From assembly GCA_902496445.1 (NCBI GenBank), contig CABVAZ010000002.1, forward strand, positions 4,925-68,924: DNA of 64,000 nucleotides, written 5' to 3'. The position numbers were made by a program, and so were the translations under genes. This document shows positions 26,881-36,664 of this stretch, piece after piece (within the stretch, counting starts at the first letter, position 1; every line of letters starts with the position of its first letter). Source of the stretch: an uncultured Prevotella sp. (GTDB lineage: Bacteria > Bacteroidota > Bacteroidia > Bacteroidales > Bacteroidaceae). Under the pieces are notes generated by a model, which was not told where the DNA came from, searched no databases, and saw only the letters and a program-made list of their open reading frames with translations.

Positions 26881-29010
26881 ATGAGAAAAAAACAATTCAC
26901 AAAAGTTGTCACCTTGCTGGCTGCAACAGCCGCTGTGTGCATGCCGGCACATGCTGATGAGGGCATGTGGACACTGTACAATCTGCCGCAGGCGGTGTAC
27001 GATGAGATGGTACAGGAGGGCTTTCAGTTGCCCTACAACAGTCTTTATGCCGGACAAGACGCGTTGAAGAACGCTGTGGTAAACTTTTCGGGCTACTGCT
27101 CGGGTGTAGTGGTGTCACCCAACGGACTGGTGTTCACCAACCACCACTGTGGCTTCTCGGCCATCAACGCCCACTCTACAGAGGAGCACGACTATATGCT
27201 CAACGGCTTCTATGCCAAGGACTACAGTGAGGAACTGCCCAACGAGAATATGTTTGTGAGCTTCATGAAGGACCAGAAAGACGTTACGGCACGGGTGCAG
27301 AATGTTATCAAGGGTATGACAGGTACAGCTGCGGGAGCTGCCATAGACTCTATTGCCAACGTGATGACCGACTCGGTGAAGAACATAGACAACACGCTGC
27401 ACGTCGAGATTGATGCCTTCTACGAGGGAAATAAGTATTATGCCACTACTTATCAGAAGTTCGACGACATACGCCTGGTGTTCACCGTGCCCAAGTCGAT
27501 GGGTAAGTATGGTGGCGAAACAGACAACTGGATGTGGCCCCGGCAGACTTGCGACTTCTCGGTGTTCCGCATTTATGCCGACCCGAAGACCAACGGCCCT
27601 GCTGAATACTCCAAGAACAACGTGCCTTATCATCCCAAGCACTGGGCACCCGTGAGCCTGCAGGGCTATAAGGACGGCGATTTCTCTATGACCGTGGGCT
27701 ATCCTGGCTCTACGGAAAGGTATCTGTCAAGCTACGGCATACAGCAGATGCGCGACATAGACAATACTACTCGCGTGCAGGCACGCACCATCAAGCTGGC
27801 CCTGATGAAGAAATACATGGACCAAAGCGAGAAAACGCGCATACAGTATGAGGATAAATACGTGGGAGCAGCCAACTACTGGAAGAACAGCATGGGCATG
27901 AACAAGTGCATAGACTCTATTGGGCTGATACGGCAGAAGCAGGAATATGAGGCCAAGATAAGGCAATGGCAGCTGCAAAACCCCACGCTGAGCGAGAAAG
28001 TGGACTTCGACCTGCTGCAAAAATTGTATGCCAAGGAGGCCGAGAGCGCCAAAGCATCCAGCTATATGGGTGAGTCGTTCTTCCGTACATCTGAGTTCTT
28101 TGCCCGCGCCATAAAGATTTGCAATGGTATGGAGGCAAAAGGACCGAAGGATAACCCCAAGAAGCAATACGTGGAATTTGACGACAACAGCAACGAATGG
28201 AACATGCAGCTCGATAAGGAGCTTACTTGCGCCATGCTGAAGAACTATGCTGAGAACGCGCCCGCACGCTTCCTGCCTAAGTTCTATACCACTATTAAGA
28301 ATAAGTTCGGTGGCGATTACAAGAAGTATACCGACTATCTGTATGACAAGTCGGGACTGATGAAACCCGGATATAAGTTCTACGACCATAAAAAGAACTT
28401 CGCCAAAGACCCCGGAGTGGCTATGGGCTTCGACATCATGGAGGTTATCAGTGCTCTGAGAGAGGAGCTTTATCCACTGTCAGACAGCATCAGTGAGCAG
28501 GAGAAGCACCTCTGCGCTGCCAAGATACGTATGGAAGAGGATATGCCACACTACTCTGATGCCAACTTCACCATGCGTCTGAGCTACGGACAAGTGGGTG
28601 GCTACCTCATCGGAGGCTATAAGTCGGGCTACTACACCGACGCGGCCAGCATCGTGGAAAAGATGAAACGGGGCAACGAAGTAGAAGAATATAAGGCCGA
28701 GCCCATTATGATGCAGCTGATGAGTCAGAAAGACTTCGGCCGTTATCAGGACAAGACAACGGGCAAGATGCAGCTCTGCTTCCTCACCAACAACGATATT
28801 ACGGGCGGAAACAGTGGCTCGCCGATGTTCGACGGACGTGGCAGGCTCATCGGATTGGCCTTCGATGGCAACTGGGACAGCCTGGCCAGCGACATCAACT
28901 TCGACAGGCAACTGGCTCGCTGCATAGGTGTAGACATCCGTTACGTGCTCTTCATGATGGACAAGTGGGGACATGCCGACAGGCTGCTACAGGAGATTAA
29001 CCCCCAATAA
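26881..29010 (+). CDS. S46 family dipeptidyl-peptidase (DPP7/DPP11-like)
   Basis: Signal peptide present. The catalytic His is in GLVFTNHHCG and the Ser in GGNSGSPMFDGRGRLIGLAFDGNWD. 709 aa. Confidence 0.85.
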   Translation: MRKKQFTKVVTLLAATAAVCMPAHADEGMWTLYNLPQAVYDEMVQEGFQLPYNSLYAGQDALKNAVVNFSGYCSGVVVSPNGLVFTNHHCGFSAINAHSTEEHDYMLNGFYAKDYSEELPNENMFVSFMKDQKDVTARVQNVIKGMTGTAAGAAIDSIANVMTDSVKNIDNTLHVEIDAFYEGNKYYATTYQKFDDIRLVFTVPKSMGKYGGETDNWMWPRQTCDFSVFRIYADPKTNGPAEYSKNNVPYHPKHWAPVSLQGYKDGDFSMTVGYPGSTERYLSSYGIQQMRDIDNTTRVQARTIKLALMKKYMDQSEKTRIQYEDKYVGAANYWKNSMGMNKCIDSIGLIRQKQEYEAKIRQWQLQNPTLSEKVDFDLLQKLYAKEAESAKASSYMGESFFRTSEFFARAIKICNGMEAKGPKDNPKKQYVEFDDNSNEWNMQLDKELTCAMLKNYAENAPARFLPKFYTTIKNKFGGDYKKYTDYLYDKSGLMKPGYKFYDHKKNFAKDPGVAMGFDIMEVISALREELYPLSDSISEQEKHLCAAKIRMEEDMPHYSDANFTMRLSYGQVGGYLIGGYKSGYYTDAASIVEKMKRGNEVEEYKAEPIMMQLMSQKDFGRYQDKTTGKMQLCFLTNNDITGGNSGSPMFDGRGRLIGLAFDGNWDSLASDINFDRQLARCIGVDIRYVLFMMDKWGHADRLLQEINPQ

Positions 29011-29176
29011 CAGTCTCTTTGCAGGGCCCCAACGCCCATATCAATAACCCAAGAGGGGCAAGCAACACACGCTGCTTGCCCCTCTTGATGTTGTAAACCG
29101 TCAGAATGCTATGGCGGAATGATGTTTATGCCTTATAAGCAGACAGGTTCATGGTGCTTTCAGATAACAGTTTGCC

Positions 29177-30784
29177 TTACTGCTTGATGTACTTTTTCAG
29201 CATATTCTCATACGGCTGATAGCCTTTGAGCGGCTTGAGGAAGGGCAGATCCCTCAGCAAGCAGTAGCTGTTGAACCCTTTCTCCAGGGCTATCTCAAGC
29301 TTGCGCATGGCCATTTCCTTGTCACCTAAGAGCGCATATAGCCCTGCTGCACCAACATAATCAGATGAAGAAGGATTGTCAGCCAGGCATTTGGCTACGC
29401 TCTCCAGTGCTGCTTTGTCTATGCCCAGATAGTGCTGCGAGATGAAGGTGGGTGCGGTGGGCGTGCCCACGCTATCCATTTCTATGGCCTTACGGAAGTC
29501 TCCCTCGGCCTGCATGTCCATTCCCTGCTCTTTCTCCAGCCATCCTCTGTATAACAAATTTCTGGCATCATATTCTTCGGGGTCGTCGCCTATGGCCTTG
29601 TTGTAGTCGTCTAAGGCTTTCTTATAATCGCCTTTCAGCATATAAGTCTTGCCCCTTACTCCGTAATAATTCCCTCCGCCATCAATGGCTTTGTCATATT
29701 GCGCCAGAGCCTTGTCGTATAATCCCTGGTCGCTGTACAGGTCTCCTATGCAAGCCTCATAGCTTGCTGTGCTCTCATCAGAGTCTTTGGCTAGTTGCAG
29801 TGCCTTTCTTATCCATGTCTCCGCGTTGGCATAGTCGTTCGTCATGAAGTAGGTTTTAAACACTTGGTATGCCCTTGCTGCGCTCTTGTTCAGGTTGAAG
29901 GCCTTCTTCATAGCCTCACCGGCTTGTGGATATTGCTGCAGCTGGTAATAGGCATCGCCCAGCAGGGAGGGCCACATCCAGTTTTTCGTGTCTTTGTTCA
30001 TGCGTTCCTTCAGTCCGCTGATAACGTAGTCGCGCGTTGCCGTGGTGTCTACGTAGACCTTAAAGATATATGACACCTCGTCGTCGACATCTATATCGTA
30101 TAGGCTGAGCATGTCGTCGATGGCCTCCTTATATTTATTTTGGGCAAACTGCACCAGTGAGCGTTGCTTCAGGGCAGATGTGTTTTCGTTGTCAGTTTGC
30201 AACACTCTGTTGAGCCAAGTCATAGCGTCATCATATTTTTTCTGGCTTATCAGGCAGCCGGCTATGTTGTCCATCATGTCAAGGTTGCCGGGGTCTGTCT
30301 CCAGCAGTGCCTTATAGTCGGCTATGGCCTCGTCATATTTTTCGTCGTTATAGTTTTTTTCTGCCCTAGCGTTCAGCAGAGAGACGCTTTTGGGATAGCG
30401 TTTCAGCCCCTCATTGAGTGCGGCCAGAGCCTGCTCTTTGTCGTCTGCCGACTCATATATCTTGCTTTTCAGGATATAAGCCTTGCCTAAAGACACTTCG
30501 TCTTGCTTGGGTATGTACTTCATGGCATTGTCCAAGGCCTTCAGCCCGTTGGCTATGTCGCCGCCATCGGCCACGAGCGATGCCTTCAATATCCATGCGT
30601 AGCCGTTCTTGGGGTTTAGCTTGAGCTCCTTGTCTACCCACGAAGTGGCTTTGTCCAGGTTGTTGTTGTTAATAGCTTCTACGGCTTTCTGCAGGTTGTA
30701 AGTTGCGTTTTGCGCTTTCATTCTCAGTGGGGCAAGAGCCAACATCAGGAGAATGGCGACCATGTAGGTGATGTTTCGAATCAT
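29177..30784 (-). CDS. Tetratricopeptide-repeat protein, secreted or periplasmic
   Basis: Signal peptide MIRNITYMVAILLMLALAPLRMKAQ. Multiple 34-aa TPR-like repeats (YKEAI..Y..AL..DP.N). Confidence 0.7.
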   Translation of the reverse strand: MIRNITYMVAILLMLALAPLRMKAQNATYNLQKAVEAINNNNLDKATSWVDKELKLNPKNGYAWILKASLVADGGDIANGLKALDNAMKYIPKQDEVSLGKAYILKSKIYESADDKEQALAALNEGLKRYPKSVSLLNARAEKNYNDEKYDEAIADYKALLETDPGNLDMMDNIAGCLISQKKYDDAMTWLNRVLQTDNENTSALKQRSLVQFAQNKYKEAIDDMLSLYDIDVDDEVSYIFKVYVDTTATRDYVISGLKERMNKDTKNWMWPSLLGDAYYQLQQYPQAGEAMKKAFNLNKSAARAYQVFKTYFMTNDYANAETWIRKALQLAKDSDESTASYEACIGDLYSDQGLYDKALAQYDKAIDGGGNYYGVRGKTYMLKGDYKKALDDYNKAIGDDPEEYDARNLLYRGWLEKEQGMDMQAEGDFRKAIEMDSVGTPTAPTFISQHYLGIDKAALESVAKCLADNPSSSDYVGAAGLYALLGDKEMAMRKLEIALEKGFNSYCLLRDLPFLKPLKGYQPYENMLKKYIKQ

Positions 30785-30925
30785 AAGTGTAGGTATTAAT
30801 TGATGCCACAAATTTAGTTATATAAGTTAAACGAAGCAAGTGATTTGTGAAAAAAAAGTGGTTTATTTAGATAAAAATCATTCAAAAAGGCAGTGGCGGC
30901 ACCGTTTGTGTGCCGCCACCGTCTG

Positions 30926-33655
30926 CTATCTGCGTGCCACCTTATAGGTGGTTGTCTTTCCGTTGGTGTCTTTCGTGCGCACCACATACACTTCGCCGGG
31001 CAGCTTGGCCAGTGGCAGCTTGCTCACCGCAAGCCCCTTGCAGCGACCCTCAGCCACCTTTCTGCCGTCGAGGGTGTACATCTCATAGCTCACGGCCTGT
31101 GCCTGCGGGGTTGCCTCAATGCCTGTAGCCTCACCCGTCACGGCCACGTTGAGTGTGCGTGTCAGGCTGTCGTTGTCGCCGTCGGTCACGGTCAGAGCAA
31201 TGCTGTTGAGCGTTGCCGCCTGCCCAGTGGGCCGTATGACGAGCATGCTGTCTTGCTCCGTGCTCAGGCTGAGCGCGTTTCCGTCATACTGCCAGGTATA
31301 GGTCGGCGATTTGGTAAAGCCGGCAAAGAGCGACTTCATGTTCACTTTTGCCGTTTCAGCGGGTGCCAGCACCCTGTGCTCCTCAGCCATCCAGTTCAGG
31401 TAGTCCTCCAGTTCGGTATAGCCGTCGTGGTTGCTGTCGGCATTGTTATTGGCCGTGTTGGGGTCGGTGCCCGTTATCTTCTCAAACCAGTCGGGTATGC
31501 CGTCCTGGTCGGTGTCATAGCCTTCGGGTCGCGATTCCTCGGCAAAGAGCTCCCATCCTCCGGCATCCTCCTCGTTGTCTATCTCGCCTTTGATGCCCGA
31601 CAAGCTGCCTTTATACGTCCACGAGCGGTCTCTTGTCTCGCGCACCATGCGCAGGTCGTGGTCGTCTCTCATGGGTTGGGTGGCTCCGGCACACGAGAGC
31701 ACCTTCTTATATGCCAGTTCGGGGCTGTCTATGGTGGCATGTGACTCAAAGTAAGGAGCCGTTCCCCAATACGTCCAGTCTACGGTTTGCTTGGAACTTA
31801 TCTGCACCGACTTCATGTCTTTGGCATCCTTGTCTATCTTTCCGGCCAGATTGTCTCTGATGTTGTTGTGCAGGTATGCGCTTTGCGTGCCCTTTCCGGT
31901 GCCTTCCAGTTGCAGGGTGAAGATGCGGTGTATCTTTACTGCCGGGCCCTCCTTATAGTAGTTGCCCACGAAGTTCACCTCGTGTGCTCCGCCGTCAGTG
32001 GTTCTTGCGCCCCAGTTGTAGCACACATTATTAAATATATCCAGCTTTCCGGCATAATATCCGTTGCCGTCCAGTCCGCCGCCCATGCTCCAGTTGCGTC
32101 CGTAGCAGTCTGCGAGCAGGTTGTGATGAAACGATCCTGTCTCACCGCCTATAGTGGCAGCGTAGCCGTGGTTGGTGCCTTCGGAGTAGTTTTTGTGATG
32201 GGCTATGCCCAGAGCCTCGGCTATCATGCTGTTCTGGAAGGTGATGTTTTTGGCCGAGCGGCTGGAGAATGTCTCGTCAGTGCCCCATGCCGCCGTGACG
32301 TGGTCTGCTATGGCGTTGTCAGATCCCGACAGTCCCATGGCGTTGCCCGTTTGCTCCGGTGTGCCCAGTCCGCGATGCGCTCGCAAGAATCTGATGACGT
32401 TGTCGTTGCCGAAGTTCACGTTGCAGTGCTTCAAGCAGATGCCCTTGCCCGGTGCCGTCTGTCCGGCCAGCGTGATGTTGGGATTAGAGAAGACGGCAGA
32501 AAAGTCCATGACGATGAGCCCCGACACGTCGAACACAATGGTGCGTGGCCCCTCCACCTGGGTCAGACCGTAGAGCAGTGAGCCCGGTGTGGCCTCGTTG
32601 CTCAGGTTGGTTACGTGATATACTGTGCCGCCGCGCCCTCCTTTGGCAAAGCGGCCGTAGCCCTCGGCACCCGGAAAGGCCAGCTGGCGGGGCTGAAAAC
32701 GCCACACCGAGGCATCATATTCCTGTCCCTGGGCATCCACCTCCTTCACCTTCCAGTAATAGGTGTTCATGCTGTAGAGCCCGCTCAACGAGTAAGATGT
32801 ATCGGTAAGCAGCCCCTTGTCCTCCATGTTATTGATGTCAGTGCCTATGAAGAGATGGTGCTTCACGGCCTTGTCGGCCTTCTTCCATGTGAGTGTCACC
32901 GTTCCGCCGTCGCAGTTGGCATGAACATCATAGTCGGCAGGGTAGGGGTTTGAGGCCATCGTGGCCGGATTGCCCTCGTCGAAGGCGATAGCGTTGAGAA
33001 ATACAGAGGATGTGTAGTAGGGGCTTGTGCTGCTATAGTCGGTAGCAGCGTCGGGTGTGCTGCGATAGTCTATGGTCACGGGCCTTCCCTCCTGAACGTT
33101 GAAGCGCACGTAAGACGTTGCGCTCTCTGCCGCGCTCGTCATGTTGCATGTCTGGCTTACGCCCTCTTGCGCCAACACGCCGTCTACATACACGTTGAGC
33201 TTGGGCCCCGCATAGTTGGTGGGATTGTTGTGATAGGCCAGCAGGGTGTGCTCGCCGGGCGTCAGTCCGCTCACGATGAGCTCCAGCTCACCCACCGGTC
33301 CTTGCAGCTTATGGGTCTCACCGTCGTTGCTGGTGCTGATGGTCTCAATGCCGTCGCCCACCAGCTTGTCGTTATCTTGCGTTATCTTCTTGCTCCATCC
33401 GCAGCCCAGCGTGTTGCCACCCGAATGGCTCCCGCTCTTCACCACAATCTTTATGCCGTCGAGAGTCATCGAGTCGGCCAGGCAAGTCTTTGGAAATCCC
33501 GGAACGGTGTTCACCGCCCCGGCCCATGCCGTATAGCCGTCGGCTGTTACTTGTGCGGCGTTCCGGCCCGAAAAGTTAAAGTCTATTTTCTGCGCATTGG
33601 CCGCCGAGGCCATCACGAGAGACGCTAAAAGCGCAGTTGTCTTCTTCATATTCAT
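30926..33655 (-). CDS. T9SS-sorted right-handed beta-helix protein, pectate/polysaccharide-lyase-like, with a thrombospondin-type-3 calcium-binding repeat
   Basis: Signal peptide MNMKKTTALLASLVMASAANAQ. A beta-helix/PL1-like segment (GSDNAIADHVTAAWGTDETFSSRSAKNITFQNSMIAEALG) is present. DTDQDGIPDW is a DxDxDG Ca-binding repeat. The C-terminus ...KLPGEVYVVRTKDTNGKTTTYKVARR is a T9SS CTD. Confidence 0.6.
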   Translation of the reverse strand: MNMKKTTALLASLVMASAANAQKIDFNFSGRNAAQVTADGYTAWAGAVNTVPGFPKTCLADSMTLDGIKIVVKSGSHSGGNTLGCGWSKKITQDNDKLVGDGIETISTSNDGETHKLQGPVGELELIVSGLTPGEHTLLAYHNNPTNYAGPKLNVYVDGVLAQEGVSQTCNMTSAAESATSYVRFNVQEGRPVTIDYRSTPDAATDYSSTSPYYTSSVFLNAIAFDEGNPATMASNPYPADYDVHANCDGGTVTLTWKKADKAVKHHLFIGTDINNMEDKGLLTDTSYSLSGLYSMNTYYWKVKEVDAQGQEYDASVWRFQPRQLAFPGAEGYGRFAKGGRGGTVYHVTNLSNEATPGSLLYGLTQVEGPRTIVFDVSGLIVMDFSAVFSNPNITLAGQTAPGKGICLKHCNVNFGNDNVIRFLRAHRGLGTPEQTGNAMGLSGSDNAIADHVTAAWGTDETFSSRSAKNITFQNSMIAEALGIAHHKNYSEGTNHGYAATIGGETGSFHHNLLADCYGRNWSMGGGLDGNGYYAGKLDIFNNVCYNWGARTTDGGAHEVNFVGNYYKEGPAVKIHRIFTLQLEGTGKGTQSAYLHNNIRDNLAGKIDKDAKDMKSVQISSKQTVDWTYWGTAPYFESHATIDSPELAYKKVLSCAGATQPMRDDHDLRMVRETRDRSWTYKGSLSGIKGEIDNEEDAGGWELFAEESRPEGYDTDQDGIPDWFEKITGTDPNTANNNADSNHDGYTELEDYLNWMAEEHRVLAPAETAKVNMKSLFAGFTKSPTYTWQYDGNALSLSTEQDSMLVIRPTGQAATLNSIALTVTDGDNDSLTRTLNVAVTGEATGIEATPQAQAVSYEMYTLDGRKVAEGRCKGLAVSKLPLAKLPGEVYVVRTKDTNGKTTTYKVARR

Positions 33656-33859
33656 GTTTGGATGTTAGGTTTTTATTTTTTGTTATGGGACTCGTTAAGA
33701 GTCAACATGCACTATATAGTAGACGTGTGAGCTGCGATTTTGTACGCATCTTTGGATAAATGAAATAGCAATATTTATTCTTCTGTGGTCTGATGACAAG
33801 TTTCTCACGTTGTGATAAATATTTACATGACGCACAATGTTAAGCACACTATTCGATGA

Positions 33860-34030
33860 AATGGGGCATTTTGAGCCGTAAAACCACCTTTTTTGGCTCG
33901 CGAAAGTGCCTATTTCGCCACGTGAAAATGCCTGTTTTGAAAGGTGAAAAAATGGGTACTGAAAATCATTTCGCAACTCTTTGGCATACAACCCTTTGCG
34001 TAAAGGGCTTGCGAAACAATGATGATGGGA
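33860..34030. repeat. Intergenic repeat element, copy 1. It has periodicity of about 22 nt and shares motifs with 63390-63660.
   Basis: cgcgaaagtgcctatttcgccacgtgaaaatgcctgttttgaaaggtgaaaaaatggg is about 77% identical without gaps to 63581-63626. ggcttgcgaaacaa is also shared. Confidence 0.5.
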
Positions 34031-34140
34031 GATTGGGGTATGAGCTTTGAAGATAAATTTTTACAGCATGAAGCCTTCATACCCCGCTCCTTGTGCACGA
34101 AAGATGCTCGTTCACAAGGAACGGATGAGGCTTCATGGCC

Positions 34141-35400
34141 TTAGAGAGAGGTGATGAGCAGCCACACATTGAGTGCGCTCACGATGGCGGCCAGACTATA
34201 TAGGAAGACTGTGTTCCACGGTTTGTTGGCATACTTGCCCATGACGCGCTTGGAAGAGGTGAGACTTACCTGCAAGAATACGGTGAAGGGCAGTTGTATG
34301 CTGAGCACCATCTGCGAGATGAGCAGCCCCTTGAAGGCATCGCCAATGAAGAAGATGACGAGCAAGGCTATGCCCAATGAGAGCACGACGCCCACGGCAG
34401 AGTGGGGGTCCTTGGCGTTATAACTCTCCTGAAACAGTCCTGAGAAGATACTTCCCGCTGCCATTCCGCTCGTGATGGTGCTGGATATGCCGGCCAGCAG
34501 CAGGGCTATGGCAAAGATGTTGGCAGCGTTGTTGCCCAGCAAAGGCTCGAGCATGGCCTGTGCCTGCGCCAGTTCGTCTACGTGCTCGCCCCTTGCAAAG
34601 AAGGTACTTGCTGCCAGCAGAATCATGGCAGAGTTGATAGCCCATCCCACAAGCATGGAAAAGAGGGTGTCGGCAAACTCATATTTCAGCATGTGCTGTA
34701 TGCGGTCGTCGCCTTTCAGGTTGATTTCGCGGCTCTGTATCACCTCAGAATGTAAGAAGAGATTGTGCGGCATGACCACCGCTCCCAGCACGCTCATGAT
34801 GATGAGCAGCGAGCCTTGCGGCACGGAAGGCACCACGGCACAAGTCGCTGCCTGCCCCCAGTCTACGTGAACCAGAAACAACTCATAGATGAACGACAGG
34901 CCGATGAGCGACACAAAGCCTATGATGGCGCGCTCCATGCGCTTGTAAGAATTGGTGAAGAGCATGATGAGAACGGCCACAGTGACGAGTATGGAGCCCG
35001 TAGGTATGCTGATGCCCAGCAGCATTTGCAGGGCTATGGCGCCTCCCAGTATCTCTGCCAGCGACGTGGATATGCTGGCCAGCAGCGCCGTCACCACAAT
35101 GGGGCGCCCCAGCCAGCGGGGAGCATACTTCACGGCGGCCTCGCTGAGGCACAATCCCGTCACTATGCCCAGGTGGGCAACGTTGTGCTGAAGGGCAATG
35201 AGCATGATGGTGGAGAGCGTTACCACCCACAACAGGGCATAACCATACTCTGACCCGGCTGCGAAGTTGCTGGCCCAGTTGCCCGGATCGATAAATCCCA
35301 CGGTGACAAGCAGGCCCGGTCCGATGTATTTAAAGATGTCTAAGGCACCCAGCACATGTGGGTGTGTTTTGGAATGCAGTTCTTTCAGAAGATTCTTCAT
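34141..35400 (-). CDS. mntH: NRAMP-family divalent metal (Mn2+/Fe2+) transporter
   Basis: GPGLLVTVGFIDPGNWASNFAAGSEYGY and ...MPHNLFLHSE are Nramp signature regions. Confidence 0.9.
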   Translation of the reverse strand: MKNLLKELHSKTHPHVLGALDIFKYIGPGLLVTVGFIDPGNWASNFAAGSEYGYALLWVVTLSTIMLIALQHNVAHLGIVTGLCLSEAAVKYAPRWLGRPIVVTALLASISTSLAEILGGAIALQMLLGISIPTGSILVTVAVLIMLFTNSYKRMERAIIGFVSLIGLSFIYELFLVHVDWGQAATCAVVPSVPQGSLLIIMSVLGAVVMPHNLFLHSEVIQSREINLKGDDRIQHMLKYEFADTLFSMLVGWAINSAMILLAASTFFARGEHVDELAQAQAMLEPLLGNNAANIFAIALLLAGISSTITSGMAAGSIFSGLFQESYNAKDPHSAVGVVLSLGIALLVIFFIGDAFKGLLISQMVLSIQLPFTVFLQVSLTSSKRVMGKYANKPWNTVFLYSLAAIVSALNVWLLITSL

Positions 35401-35692
35401 ATCGTTTTTTGCTGACAAAAATAAGAAATAAAGGCGATACATGAAAGCATTTGGATGACAAATCGACCCACTTCACTTTGTTATCGTTATTATTGGGTAG
35501 GATAACGAATGTTAAATTGGCTGTATGGGGACGCTTGCTTACGGAGTATAAGCTGCTTTTTTATGCTGTCAGACCGAATGACTGATAAGTGACTGTAAGG
35601 AGTATTTAGGTTTGTTTTTTACACTTTTAACGGGAAAAGAAGATGAATTAAGCGAATATTGTGTAACTTTGGAAACTGAAAAGCAGATTTAT

Positions 35693-36664
35693 ATGGTTAG
35701 AAAGAATTATTCTATAAACAAGAACCGAACTGAGAAATGGAAGGCTGATGTACAGAAATCTGTGATGTTTTATAATGAGTGGTTTCTGAACTTCGCACCT
35801 AAAGCTTATGTCAATGCTCGCAAGGAGGCCATTGATAAGGTTGAGAATATATTCCATGATATTGAATGTTTCAATTCGTTGTCTGTTGATATATTGAAGA
35901 ATAATCCTGATGCCATTACGATACTTCGATTGTCTACCACTCCACCATTGGCTCGTGACAGACTAATAGGGTTGTCTGGCGTGTCTGCCAATCTGATAGA
36001 TAAAATGGAAGAAGGGAGATTTCCGCCCAGAATGTCGCAAGAAGAGATAGACGAATCGCTTGAACGTATCATAGAAATTATCCATAGTCTGTTAGACTAT
36101 GATATGATGCCGTGGCTTAAACAGAAATCTTATCCTCATGAAACAGACAGAAATCTGGCCATACAAGTTATAGGCGATCGCGTTTGTGGCTCACTTTCTG
36201 ATCCTATTATACGTAATGAGCAAGAGCGGCGCCAGCTGAATAGCATCGGCGATTATCTCAACAGAAAGGGTTATCGCTTTGTAGAATCGAATGCTATTGA
36301 AGATTTCCAAAACATGGAATGTGGAATGTATTCATTTCATCTTAAAGTGCTTGCGGAAAGAAGGGATGGTAAAAGCGTCAATATGCCCATTGATGTTGTC
36401 ATCAAACGTAAGAATGCGATAGCCGGCGAACTGCCTGTTTTGATTGAATGCAAGTCGGCCGGAGATTTCACAAATACCAACAAGCGGAGAAAAGAAGAAG
36501 CAATAAAGATAGAACAGTTGCAGTTGAAATATGGCCAGAAGATAGAGCTTGTGCTCTTTCTGTGTGGCTATTTTGATAGTGGATACCTGGGTTATGAGGC
36601 TGGCGAGGGTATCGACTGGATATGGGAGCATCGAATAGAGGATTTTAAAAAGCTGGGGATATAA
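35693..36664 (+). CDS. Type II restriction endonuclease with a PD-(D/E)xK fold. From memory it resembles the XamI family, so that assignment is tentative.
   Basis: The ...MPIDVVIKRKNAIAGELPVLIECKSAGDF... D/ExK core is present. Its stop overlaps the start of the adjacent methyltransferase (ataTAAATGaag). No signal peptide. The ORF-track start at 35612 is a TTG; the first in-frame ATG is at 35693. Confidence 0.55.
   Translation: MVRKNYSINKNRTEKWKADVQKSVMFYNEWFLNFAPKAYVNARKEAIDKVENIFHDIECFNSLSVDILKNNPDAITILRLSTTPPLARDRLIGLSGVSANLIDKMEEGRFPPRMSQEEIDESLERIIEIIHSLLDYDMMPWLKQKSYPHETDRNLAIQVIGDRVCGSLSDPIIRNEQERRQLNSIGDYLNRKGYRFVESNAIEDFQNMECGMYSFHLKVLAERRDGKSVNMPIDVVIKRKNAIAGELPVLIECKSAGDFTNTNKRRKEEAIKIEQLQLKYGQKIELVLFLCGYFDSGYLGYEAGEGIDWIWEHRIEDFKKLGI

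Noticed and set aside
34001-34030. Possible sigma-54 promoter (ttGGcat...tttGCg)
   Set aside because: The spacing between the GG and GC elements is 13 nt, not the required 10.
35401-35611. Possible Mn riboswitch (yybP-ykoY) upstream of mntH
   Set aside because: I could not recognise the conserved yybP-ykoY helices by eye, and that riboswitch normally controls exporters rather than Nramp importers.
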